This document shows positions 9,998-18,725 of a stretch of DNA of 42,513 nucleotides, one piece after another. The stretch's first letter is position 1; each line of letters begins with the position of its first letter. The notes under the pieces were generated by a model. The model was not told where the DNA came from and did no database searches. It saw only the letters and a program-made list of their open reading frames with translations. The stretch is from Bacillota bacterium. Its GTDB lineage: Bacteria > Bacillota_I > Bacilli_A > RFN20 > CAG-826. The translations under genes were made by a program, and so were the position numbers. The stretch is from positions 1 to 42,513 of the forward strand of contig JBDLRZ010000061.1 in NCBI GenBank assembly GCA_039799785.1, read 5' to 3'.

Positions 9998-11131
9998 TTA
10001 AGAAAATTTCTTGCCTGATAAAAATTCTGGTAATAGATCTTCTTCGTCTTCTTTACTGGCCACTTTAGGTAATGGATCTTGAGGTTTTAAAATCCCTTGA
10101 TCAGGTTCAGGTTTCGAAACTGGGTTTGTGGTTTTCGTTAATGGACTTGGAACCGTCGTATAGTCATATTCTTCTGGGAATTGAGCCGCAATGACCGAAA
10201 CTAAAATTTGATCGGTTAGTTGGTCATTGATGTTAACACCAAATTTAATATCAAGGTTGGTACTGGCAATTTCTCGAATACGATCCACAGTTTCTTGTGC
10301 TTCATAAAGCGACACGAGCGGTCCACACGTAACGGCAACAATCGCTTTGGAAGCACCGGTTAAACTGGATTCGAGTAGTGGTGAACTGACAGCACTCTGT
10401 GCAGCTTCAAAAGCTTTATTCGGTCCTTGGCCTAAGCCAAAACCGATCAATGCTAAGCCAGAATTTCTAAGGACGTTTCTCACATCCGCAAAATCAAGGT
10501 TAATCACCGCCGGCATTAAAATTAAATCCGTTACGGTTTTGACCGAACGAGCAAGCACATCATCTGCTTGTTTGAACGCTTGACCAATCGGTTGATTACC
10601 AGCCGACATGAGTAATTTATCGTTAGAAACGATGATGATAGCATCCACGGCATCTCTTAATTCATTTAAACCTTTTACGGAATTGGCGATTCTACCTTTA
10701 CCTTCAAAGGTAAATGGACGTGTGACAATCGCAATCGTTAAAGCTTTGGCTTCACGGGCGATACGTGCGATGACAGGGGCTGCACCAGTTCCAGTACCCC
10801 CACCCATCCCTGCAGCGATAAACACCATGTTGGCGCCTTTGACAATTTCAGCAATTTCTTCTTTTGATTCTTCTGCAGCAAGTTTACCGACTTCAGGAGA
10901 ACCACCAGCACCTAAACCATGGGTGGTTTTTTCTCCCAATATTAAACGATTTTTAGCTTGCGATGTTTGCAAGACTTGTTTATCCGTATTGGCAACAAAA
11001 AATTCAACATGATTCATATTTTCTGCAATCATGCGATTGACAGCATTATTGCCGGCCCCGCCGACACCAATGACAATAATCTTGGCTGCTGGTTCACTAC
11101 TATCGACGACAAATTTTTCTCTTCCCATCAT
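9998..11131 (-). CDS. ftsZ: Cell division protein FtsZ
   Basis: GVGGAGNN, NTDKQ, GGGTGTG tubulin signature, INLDFADV, C-terminal core DLLPEFL. Confidence 0.99.
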   Translation of the reverse strand: MMGREKFVVDSSEPAAKIIVIGVGGAGNNAVNRMIAENMNHVEFFVANTDKQVLQTSQAKNRLILGEKTTHGLGAGGSPEVGKLAAEESKEEIAEIVKGANMVFIAAGMGGGTGTGAAPVIARIAREAKALTIAIVTRPFTFEGKGRIANSVKGLNELRDAVDAIIIVSNDKLLMSAGNQPIGQAFKQADDVLARSVKTVTDLILMPAVINLDFADVRNVLRNSGLALIGFGLGQGPNKAFEAAQSAVSSPLLESSLTGASKAIVAVTCGPLVSLYEAQETVDRIREIASTNLDIKFGVNINDQLTDQILVSVIAAQFPEEYDYTTVPSPLTKTTNPVSKPEPDQGILKPQDPLPKVASKEDEEDLLPEFLSGKKFS

Positions 11132-11149
11132 GACATCCTCTTTTCTTTT

Positions 11150-12373
11150 TTATTCTTCGTCATAATTGACGAAACGGCGTTTTGCCGATGGTGCTTGTCT
11201 TTCTAAACGCGTAAAGATTCTGACATCATCTTCTACCAATGTGTAACGATAACTAAAGCGAAGACCGCCTAGTAACGATAAGGTTTGCGTATGTCTAGCC
11301 CCAACCGTTCGAATATAAGGCTTTTCTACGCCTTGACCTTGACCAAGCGGTTTTAATAAAGTGGTGATACCAGGTAAAGCGGCGCCACCACCAACCAAAA
11401 CAAACTTCATATCTGTCAAATCCATCGTTTCTTTATCGACCCTATATTCTTGTAAGGTCATCATCATTTCATCGATGAGGTGATCATAAAATTCTTTAAT
11501 TACTTGATTGAAATTCGATTGACGAATCACGATGCCATTTTGTTGATAAATCATGCCATCAAAAATTTGTTGCCGCGTTTCATAACCAAATTTTTCTTTC
11601 AGCATTCTTGCTTCTTCGAGGGTAATACCAAAGCGATTGGCAATGATGGCTGTCAATTGTTCTGAACCGGTTTCTAAAGTTTCAGAACGGATTAATTTAT
11701 GTTGGGAAACTAAATTCAAATTAGTTTGGTTTGCACCATGATCAATCAAAACATAGGTTGCCACGAAGTCTTTATATTGGGTTTCGATAATGTCTGCGAT
11801 ACCTTGACCGTCGAGAATATAACGTTTAACTTTAATGCCAACAGCTTCCATGACTTGGAGAACGCCTTGGAAAAAGGTCGATAAAATGTATTGGACATAA
11901 GCTTGTAAAACGATATTGGAGGTTTGTTCACCAATGGGAGGATTGATTGAATATTTATCGCCATCGATTTGATAACTCATTGGGACAATACAAACCTGAG
12001 CCACGTTGGTGCCAACAAATTCTTTTTGAAACATCGAATGTAAATTGTGAATATCCATTGGATGAATGATGCCATTAGGATCAACAGTATTCGTTCTTTT
12101 TTCTCCGTGGAAAACCTCAAGATGAATGGGAGGAAGCACCACATGAATGGCTTCACATTTCTTTCCAAGATGAATTTCCATATCCCGAATTAATTTCTTA
12201 ATCACTTGTGTCGTTTTGTTGGGATCAACGAGTTTATCTTGCATTAATACGCGATGATATTCCGATTGCATCACATGTAAAATAACAGGCCGAGCATTCA
12301 GCTCATAGCCTGCGAGTAATTTAATGGTACCCGAACCAATTTCTAAGATAAAAACCGGAATGTCTAATGCCAT
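11150..12373 (-). CDS. ftsA: Cell division protein FtsA (divergent)
   Basis: Actin-like motifs LEIGSGTIK, IDHGANQT, EEARMLKEKFG, LVGGGAALPG; directly upstream of ftsZ; SD AAGGA. Confidence 0.85.
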   Translation of the reverse strand: MALDIPVFILEIGSGTIKLLAGYELNARPVILHVMQSEYHRVLMQDKLVDPNKTTQVIKKLIRDMEIHLGKKCEAIHVVLPPIHLEVFHGEKRTNTVDPNGIIHPMDIHNLHSMFQKEFVGTNVAQVCIVPMSYQIDGDKYSINPPIGEQTSNIVLQAYVQYILSTFFQGVLQVMEAVGIKVKRYILDGQGIADIIETQYKDFVATYVLIDHGANQTNLNLVSQHKLIRSETLETGSEQLTAIIANRFGITLEEARMLKEKFGYETRQQIFDGMIYQQNGIVIRQSNFNQVIKEFYDHLIDEMMMTLQEYRVDKETMDLTDMKFVLVGGGAALPGITTLLKPLGQGQGVEKPYIRTVGARHTQTLSLLGGLRFSYRYTLVEDDVRIFTRLERQAPSAKRRFVNYDEE

Positions 12374-12382
12374 GTTTTCCTT

Positions 12383-12559
12383 TTATTGAATAATTGAAAA
12401 TAAAGGCGTGAATACATAAATGGATAAAATAATGGTAGAAATAAAGAATACACTCCATAACAAGTTTCTTCGATTTTGAAGAATTAATTTACGCTGTTGA
12501 AGTTCATTGGTAAAGACTTTTTCTAACGTCTTTGTATTTTGTAAAGAAATGGTATCCAT
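12383..12559 (-). CDS. 58-aa single-pass membrane protein resembling the N-terminus and TM helix of DivIB/FtsQ; not in the ORF track
   Basis: Hand translation MDTISLQNTKTLEKVFTNELQQRKLILQNRRNLLWSVFFISTIILSIYVFTPLFSIIQ*; strong SD AAGGAG; fills the gap before ftsA. Confidence 0.85.
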   Translation of the reverse strand: MDTISLQNTKTLEKVFTNELQQRKLILQNRRNLLWSVFFISTIILSIYVFTPLFSIIQ

Positions 12560-12571
12560 AGGTTTCTCCTT

Positions 12572-12868
12572 TTATGGGTTATTCACCATCATCAACTTAT
12601 TGAACAATTCGCTTCCACCAAATGTCACTTCAATTTCAGGGTTGTCTTCTGAAGACAATTCCTCCGATATAGAGCTCGTTTGGCTTGTTGATGAACTTTC
12701 AACCGTGGTCGAACTAACGACATTGCTTGAAGCTGTGCTCGCTTGTGCTAACGTAAGCGGCACCACCACAATAATCGTGGCCACCATTAAAGACATCGAA
12801 AAATAACCTAATCGCCGTAAGCGATAATAAGATGCTTTTCGATGTGTTTTATAGAGCTTACTTTTCAT
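12572..12868 (-). CDS. Small bitopic membrane protein with Ser/Thr-rich tail in the ftsL position
   Basis: Basic N-terminus, one hydrophobic segment (LGYFSMSLMVATIIVVVPLTLA), low-complexity S/T/E tail; start overlaps the rsmH end. Confidence 0.75.
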   Translation of the reverse strand: MKSKLYKTHRKASYYRLRRLGYFSMSLMVATIIVVVPLTLAQASTASSNVVSSTTVESSSTSQTSSISEELSSEDNPEIEVTFGGSELFNKLMMVNNP

Positions 12869-13796
12869 CGATAACCCTTTCTATAATTCTTAAGACTGCA
12901 CTTTCTGAACGATGATTGTCTTTGATTTCTTTTTCGGAAGGTAGAATTGGATATGGTTTTATTTTTTCAAATTGTATTGAAGCAACCGGTAGATAACGTT
13001 CTGGCCCATGCCGTTGTCCTTGACTAACGGTTAACTTTTGAAAATATTGTTTAACGATTCGATCTTCACCTGAATGGAAACTTATCACCGCGAGCCGACC
13101 ATGTATGCCGAGATAGGTAGATGCTGATTCAAGGACACTTTTTAGAACTTCTACTTCTTGATTGACTGCCATTCTTAAGGCTTGGAAGACTTGTTTTGCA
13201 GGATGCCCTTTTTTTGCTAATGCCTTTGCCGGTTTAACTCTTTTGATCAAGTTTACTAACTCGAAGGTTGTCTTGAGTGGTTGGATCACACGTTGGTTAA
13301 CGATGGCTTTGGCGATAGGAAAGGCGAAGGTTTCATCTGCGTATTCTCTAAAGTATTGGGTTAAGGTTCTGATATCGGATGTGGCTAGTAAACTTGCTGC
13401 AGTGGTCGTTTGCCTTTGATCCATTCGCATATCGAGTGGACCATCGAAACGATAACTAAAGCCTCTTTCTGGGACATCAAACTGTGGACTCGACACACCG
13501 AGGTCTAATAGAATTCCATCGACTTTTTCAATGCCTAACTTCTTTAAAACGTCTGGGAAATGCTGGAAGTTCAGATGATGGAGACTTGCACGAGGACGAC
13601 TACATTGCCAACTTTGTAAACTTTCGATGGCCGTGGCATCTTGGTCAAAACCAAGCAAGCGACCAGTCTTTAACTTTTCATAGATTTGACTAGCGTGTCC
13701 TCCTCTCCCTATCGTTAGATCTAGATAGATACCATTGGGGCGAATTTGAAGTCCGTTCACGACTTCCGTTAATAAAACGGATTGATGTTCGTTCAT
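12858..13796 (-). CDS. rsmH: 16S rRNA m4C1402 methyltransferase RsmH
   Basis: HQSVLL, DLTIGRGGH, DLGVSSPQFD, RGFSY..DGPLDMRM, FQALRMAVN, ISFHSGEDRIVK. Confidence 0.98.
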   Translation of the reverse strand: MNEHQSVLLTEVVNGLQIRPNGIYLDLTIGRGGHASQIYEKLKTGRLLGFDQDATAIESLQSWQCSRPRASLHHLNFQHFPDVLKKLGIEKVDGILLDLGVSSPQFDVPERGFSYRFDGPLDMRMDQRQTTTAASLLATSDIRTLTQYFREYADETFAFPIAKAIVNQRVIQPLKTTFELVNLIKRVKPAKALAKKGHPAKQVFQALRMAVNQEVEVLKSVLESASTYLGIHGRLAVISFHSGEDRIVKQYFQKLTVSQGQRHGPERYLPVASIQFEKIKPYPILPSEKEIKDNHRSESAVLRIIERVIDEK

Positions 13797-14218
13797 TTTT
13801 TACCAAGATTGGCAGCGTGTTCTTCAAATTGAGATGCAGCATCCGATTCATATTTTTCCCATGTTGAGGCATTCCACAATTCGATATGGTCATTCATACC
13901 AATAATCTTCACATTCTTTTCTAATTTAAATTGTTTCAAGGTTTCTTGAGGTAATTGAATACGTCCATGATCATCAATGGGTAGTTCTATCACGGAAGCT
14001 AAAGCAGTTCTTAAATATTGACGGACATTGGATTGATTAAAGTCATACGTGTTCACTTGTTGGACAAGTTGAGCAAACGTTTGTTGGGTAAATAAGGAAA
14101 TACAATGCTCAAATCCACGCATAGCGAATAAGATAGGACCCGATTCCGATCGCATTTTTGAAGGAATCACAAGTCTTCCCTTATCGTCTAATGTGTATTG
14201 ATAACTTCCAAAAAACAT
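13793..14218 (-). CDS. mraZ: Division/cell wall cluster transcriptional regulator MraZ
   Basis: Two DxxGR repeats (LDDKGRLVIP, IDDHGRIQLP), IELW. ATG at 14218 (MFFGSY) preferred over the track's GTG at 14227. Confidence 0.97.
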   Translation of the reverse strand: MFFGSYQYTLDDKGRLVIPSKMRSESGPILFAMRGFEHCISLFTQQTFAQLVQQVNTYDFNQSNVRQYLRTALASVIELPIDDHGRIQLPQETLKQFKLEKNVKIIGMNDHIELWNASTWEKYESDAASQFEEHAANLGKK

Positions 14219-14221
14219 GTA

Positions 14222-14237
14222 TCCCACTTTCTCCCAC
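14222..14237 (-). promoter_or_regulatory. Putative MraZ operator (direct repeats)
   Basis: GTGGGA-gaaa-GTGGGA with a 10-nt period, between the -10 and the ATG; matches the GTGG/TGGG repeat type bound by MraZ in other bacteria. Confidence 0.75.
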
Positions 14238-14246
14238 TATGCTTTT

Positions 14247-14274
14247 ATTATAGAGAGGTTCAAAAAAAAAGCAA
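14247..14274 (-). promoter_or_regulatory. Sigma-A promoter of the mraZ-ftsZ operon
   Basis: TTGCTT-N16-TATAAT on the minus strand. Confidence 0.7.
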
Positions 14275-14295
14275 ACAATTTTTACACTGTTTGCT
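14262..14295 (-). terminator. Intrinsic terminator after pheT
   Basis: AGCAAACAGT-GTAAAA-ATTGTTTGCT stem ending in a run of 9 T. Confidence 0.8.
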
Positions 14296-14321
14296 AAAGA
14301 TGATAAGTGGCTTAAAAGCGT

Positions 14322-16718
14322 TTAACTTCTTAAACTAATTTGACATTCAGAAACGAGTGCAGATTTAATGGCAGTCAGCGTCTGATTAATCTCTTCTTCT
14401 TGAAGTGTTTTTTGTTCATCCATTAATACCACTCGAATCGCCATTGAAATTTGACCTTTGGGCAATTGTTGACCTTGATAAATATCAAATAGTAGGACTT
14501 GATCAACGAGTTTTTTTCCTGCTTTTTTAACCGTCTTTACAACTTGATTGAAACTAACGGATTCTGAAATATAAAAGGCAAGGTCCCTGGTCACGCTTGG
14601 AAAGCGAGGAATCGGTTTAAATTTAATTGGACTGGTTTTTAATTCAAGTAAGTTGTCTAGATTAACTTGCGCTAGGAAGACGGGTGACTTACCTAAGTCA
14701 TAGGTTTTTTGGAGATCAGGTAATAGTTGACCGATCGTCGCCACTTTTTGATTTTGAACCATCAAAGATGCACTTCGACCTGGGTGTAAAACAGTATGTC
14801 CTTGTTTTTCAACCATCCACTGATATCGCGACGGTTCGATTTGAAGTAGATTTAGCAAACCTTCGATATAACCTTTGACGTCATAAAATGTGAAAGGCAT
14901 CGGAGATAATGCGGAACGTCCACTTCGTTCACCAAATAGCACTAAACCGAGTTGTAAAGTTTGACCTTGGCGATGGGCAATTTGTGAAATTTCAAAGATT
15001 TTTCCAGTTGCCACTTGTCTAGCCATATTATATTGAACCACTTGGATCAAAGAACTGATGACATCGGTACGCACGTGTTTACGTTCTTCAGAAAGTGGAT
15101 TTTTGAGCATCAAAGGTTCGAGTGGTTGAAGCAAATTAAATTGATGAAGCCATTTGGATTCAACCAATGTATAGTTTAGCGTTTCATCGATTCCTTGACT
15201 GGACAAGTAGCGCTTCATGGACCGCACCTTTTCTTGTTTTTCATTTAATCCACCAGCTTGAATATGTAATGGCATCGGATTGGTTTGAATACGATCAAAG
15301 CCAACCAATCGAATCAATTCTTCCGCTAGATCTGCAACGCCTTGAATGTCTTGACGATGACGGGGAATGCTTGCAAGATAGCCTGTTCCTTCCTTTGAAG
15401 ACGTAATGTGAAATTGTTGAAGGGCTTGCATGATTTCTGTATCGGTAAAATTAGTATTTAATAATTGATTGATATCCTTGGCATGCCAGAGTATGTTTGC
15501 TTGCAAAGGTTTTAAACGATTCTTTGAAACCGTTTGATAAACCTTTTTAACTTGGGTCAACGATTGTATCAGGGTTGTGGTGAATTGTAATACGCTTTCA
15601 AATTGGGATAAATCAATTCCTTTTGCAAATCGTGTCGACGCATCAGAAGGAAGATTTAATCGGAGTGAGGTTTTGCGGATACTAGCAGGATCAAAAGCTG
15701 CCGCTTCAATGGCAATGTCAGTTGTAGAGGAGTCGACGGCGCATACTTTTGCACCCATTACACCTGCTAAACACATGATTTGAGGACCACTTTTAATCAC
15801 AATATCGCCTGGTTTTAATTCATAAGTCTTGTCATCTAAGGCAACAAATTTTTCTGAAACATTATCGGATAATGTTAATGAATGAGAAGGTAACTTCTTA
15901 AGATCATACATATGTAAAGGTTGACCCGTTAAGAGCATCACGTAGTTGCCAATATCAACGAGAAAAGAAATCGGGCGAATGCCACTTCCCATTAAATACT
16001 GCTTCATCCAGTTTGGCGTGACGGTTTGTTGTACGCCTTCTAATACTCGGATTGAAAATTGTGAAACTTGATTCGTTTGAACGTCCAATTGAAATGATGT
16101 TGGTAATAAACCATTTTCTGCTTTGATATTACCTTTTTTTAGGGGCCGATTGAGCAAGGCAGATACTTCATAAGCAATGCCTTCTAAGGACCATAAGTCC
16201 GGGCGATTCGCGAGTAATTTCAAATCAATGATCGTATCGTTTAAACCTAAATGATCAAGGATAAGATCATCACCAATCTTGGTGCTTACATCGAGAATTT
16301 CGATACCTTCAATTTGATCTGGTCTTAGAAATTTACTATCCACTCCTAATTCAAGTAAGGAACAAACCATGCCTTCGGAAGCAACACCTTTTATGGTAGA
16401 AGCTTGAATCGTTAATTTTGGTAAAACCGCTCCAGGTAAAGCAACCAAAACAAATTGACCTTCTCGAATATTACTAGCGCCACAGACGATAGTTCTAATT
16501 CCATGATGTCCTGTGTCTACGATCACTTTTGATAAATGATCACTGCCTTCTATCATCGATCTAGATTTCACCAAACCCGTTGTAATGCCGGTTGCTTGAA
16601 CAAGAGGTGAGACCGCTTCAACTTCAATACCTGCTTGGTTTAATGCGTTGGCAACTTGTTGAGGAGATAGGTTGTTTAAATCGACCAGAGTCGTCAGCCA
16701 TTGATAAGAAAATTTCAT
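14322..16718 (-). CDS. pheT: Phenylalanine--tRNA ligase beta subunit
   Basis: IVCGASN, SEGMVCS, NRPD, DASTRFAKG, RQDI..VADLAEELIRLVGF, NPLSEE, FPSVTRDLAF anticodon-binding domain. Confidence 0.98.
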   Translation of the reverse strand: MKFSYQWLTTLVDLNNLSPQQVANALNQAGIEVEAVSPLVQATGITTGLVKSRSMIEGSDHLSKVIVDTGHHGIRTIVCGASNIREGQFVLVALPGAVLPKLTIQASTIKGVASEGMVCSLLELGVDSKFLRPDQIEGIEILDVSTKIGDDLILDHLGLNDTIIDLKLLANRPDLWSLEGIAYEVSALLNRPLKKGNIKAENGLLPTSFQLDVQTNQVSQFSIRVLEGVQQTVTPNWMKQYLMGSGIRPISFLVDIGNYVMLLTGQPLHMYDLKKLPSHSLTLSDNVSEKFVALDDKTYELKPGDIVIKSGPQIMCLAGVMGAKVCAVDSSTTDIAIEAAAFDPASIRKTSLRLNLPSDASTRFAKGIDLSQFESVLQFTTTLIQSLTQVKKVYQTVSKNRLKPLQANILWHAKDINQLLNTNFTDTEIMQALQQFHITSSKEGTGYLASIPRHRQDIQGVADLAEELIRLVGFDRIQTNPMPLHIQAGGLNEKQEKVRSMKRYLSSQGIDETLNYTLVESKWLHQFNLLQPLEPLMLKNPLSEERKHVRTDVISSLIQVVQYNMARQVATGKIFEISQIAHRQGQTLQLGLVLFGERSGRSALSPMPFTFYDVKGYIEGLLNLLQIEPSRYQWMVEKQGHTVLHPGRSASLMVQNQKVATIGQLLPDLQKTYDLGKSPVFLAQVNLDNLLELKTSPIKFKPIPRFPSVTRDLAFYISESVSFNQVVKTVKKAGKKLVDQVLLFDIYQGQQLPKGQISMAIRVVLMDEQKTLQEEEINQTLTAIKSALVSECQISLRS

Positions 16719-16732
16719 GATGTTTCTCCTCC

Positions 16733-17764
16733 TTACTTTCGGTTAAATTGTTGAATAAAACGTAAATCGTTTTGGTAAAAACGGCGAATATCATCAATAC
16801 CATAACGAAGCATTGCAACACGTTCAATACCGATACCAAAGGCAAAGCCAGTCATTTTTTTGGCATCGTATCCATTCATCGATAACACTTTGGGGTGGAC
16901 CATGCCACCACCTAAAATTTCAATCCAACCTGAGTGCTTACAAAGGTTGCAACCCTTACCACCACATTCAAAACAACTCACGTCGATTTCGACACTTGGT
17001 TCAGTGAATGGGAAAAAACTTGGTCTTAAGCGAATTTCTCTTTTTTCACCAAACATTTTTTTGGCAAAGGCTTGTAAGGTTTGTTTGAGATGGCCAAGGT
17101 TTATGCCTTCGGCAACCACGAGTCCTTCGACTTGACCAAATTGATGGGAGTGTGTGGCATCATCTTCATCACGACGATAGACTTTTCCAGGGCAAATGAC
17201 TTGAATTGGTTTACCAAGAGAAGCTTGCATCACTCTTGCTTGAACAGGGGACGTATGCGTTCTTAACAAGGTGTTTTCATCAAAATATAAAGAATCTTGC
17301 ATCTCTCTAGCAGGATGATCTTTGGGAATATTCAACAACTCAAAATTATAATGATCCGATTCAACTTCTGGGCCCTCAGCCACTTGATATCCCATACTTA
17401 CAAAAATATCGGTGATCGTTTGTTCAATCAGATAAAAAGGATTAACCGAACCTTGATATGCCTCAGTAGCAGGTTGACTAATATCGATGACTTCTTCTTT
17501 CAACTTGGCCTGCATCACCAAGGTTTCTAAAGCTTTTTGTTTGGTTTCTAAGGCTAACGTTAATTGATCACGGGCAGTATTAATCCATTGACCGACTTGT
17601 TTTTTCTTCTCAGCATCTAAATCTTTGAGCTGAGAAAAAATTCCCATCAATTCAGATTTTTTAGCAAGATATTGATTTTTTACTTCTTGTAATTGATTTA
17701 AATCTTGGGCAAGTTCAATTGCCTTTAAACCCTTTTCAAGAATGGATTGGATGTTGTCGATCAT
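16733..17764 (-). CDS. pheS: Phenylalanine--tRNA ligase alpha subunit
   Basis: HPAREMQD, LRTHTS, DATHSHQF, FPFTEPS, GFAFGIGIER; SD AGGAGG. Confidence 0.99.
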   Translation of the reverse strand: MIDNIQSILEKGLKAIELAQDLNQLQEVKNQYLAKKSELMGIFSQLKDLDAEKKKQVGQWINTARDQLTLALETKQKALETLVMQAKLKEEVIDISQPATEAYQGSVNPFYLIEQTITDIFVSMGYQVAEGPEVESDHYNFELLNIPKDHPAREMQDSLYFDENTLLRTHTSPVQARVMQASLGKPIQVICPGKVYRRDEDDATHSHQFGQVEGLVVAEGINLGHLKQTLQAFAKKMFGEKREIRLRPSFFPFTEPSVEIDVSCFECGGKGCNLCKHSGWIEILGGGMVHPKVLSMNGYDAKKMTGFAFGIGIERVAMLRYGIDDIRRFYQNDLRFIQQFNRK

Positions 17765-17779
17765 GCATTGATCCTCCTA

Positions 17780-17963
17780 AATAAAAAAAGTCACCCGTAA
17801 GGAACGACCGAAGCCGTGGTACCATCCTTGTTCGTATGACCGCACTTAATTCCATGTTAACGCCATGAACGGTTAAGTTTTGTTTGAAAGAGAATTTCAA
17901 GTCGTTTGAGTGGTTTCACTTTTCACTCATCCCTAAACGCGACTCTACTGAACTTTCCTTAAC
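17780..17963 (-). promoter_or_regulatory. T-box riboswitch (Phe) upstream of pheS
   Basis: T-box AAGGATGGTACCACG (17815-17829) can pair with CGTTCCTT; terminator with T-tract; AGUA...GAA S-turn followed by UUC specifier (17892-17894); extended -10 TGaTATACT at 17970-17978. Confidence 0.93.
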
Positions 17964-17975
17964 AAAATTAGTATA

Positions 17976-18725
17976 TCACGCAGCTGGTTTATATTGTGCA
18001 CAACGATAGGCAATGATGGCAAATGCAACTGCAACATTTAAAGAATCAATCTGTTTCATTGGAATGGTGACTTCACCATTTCCAAGGGCCGTAATGGTAG
18101 GACTCACGCCATGGGATTCATTGCCAACCACGATGATGTTTTTTTCTTTAAAGCGATATTGGTCCAATGGAATCGCCTTTGAGGATAAATTCGTGACAAC
18201 AACATGATATCCCTCTTGTTGATATTGCTTGATAAGTTTTCCATCTAGATCATCTTCGAGTAATTGCAAACCAAACATTGCGCCTTGTGAAGATGCAATC
18301 ACTTTGGGATGATATCGATTGGCGGTTTTAGGCGAGAAAATAACTGTCGACATACCAAGACCTAAACTGGTTCTAAGGATAGTACCCACATTTCCTGGAT
18401 CATTAATTTGATCTAGATACACGATGGTATTTCCAAGGGGGAGTTTAGATTTAACTTTTCGACAGAGACCAATGATGCCTTGAGGCGTTTTTTGATTGGA
18501 AAGAGCACTTAATACATGCGCTTCACAGATAAAGACTTTGACCTCAGCAGGAAATGGACGATCTGAAATAAGATAAACAGATTCTAATACCCCTGCTTTT
18601 AAGGCATGATCAACGAGGTGCTGACCTTCCACTAAAAAGTGAGTGGGTTCAAAAGGACCATCTTGATCCTTTAATAGTCTTAATTTTTTAATGTGTGCAT
18701 CTTGTAAACTTTTAAACGTATTCAT
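17976..18725 (-). CDS. TrmH/SpoU family (SPOUT) RNA 2'-O-methyltransferase
   Basis: FLVEG, TPQGI, DPGNVGTILRT, GNESHG, IPM..DSLNVAVA; upstream of pheS like Bacillus ysgA. Confidence 0.92.
   Translation of the reverse strand: MNTFKSLQDAHIKKLRLLKDQDGPFEPTHFLVEGQHLVDHALKAGVLESVYLISDRPFPAEVKVFICEAHVLSALSNQKTPQGIIGLCRKVKSKLPLGNTIVYLDQINDPGNVGTILRTSLGLGMSTVIFSPKTANRYHPKVIASSQGAMFGLQLLEDDLDGKLIKQYQQEGYHVVVTNLSSKAIPLDQYRFKEKNIIVVGNESHGVSPTITALGNGEVTIPMKQIDSLNVAVAFAIIAYRCAQYKPAA

Noticed and set aside
10347-11206. Several + strand ORFs (78, 134 and 82 aa) over ftsZ
   Set aside because: Antisense shadows of a conserved gene, with no SD or recognisable motif. The same applies to the other short nested ORFs in the track.
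12507-12806. 99-aa + strand ORF in the division cluster
   Set aside because: Shadow of two minus-strand ORFs that have SDs and match the operon direction.
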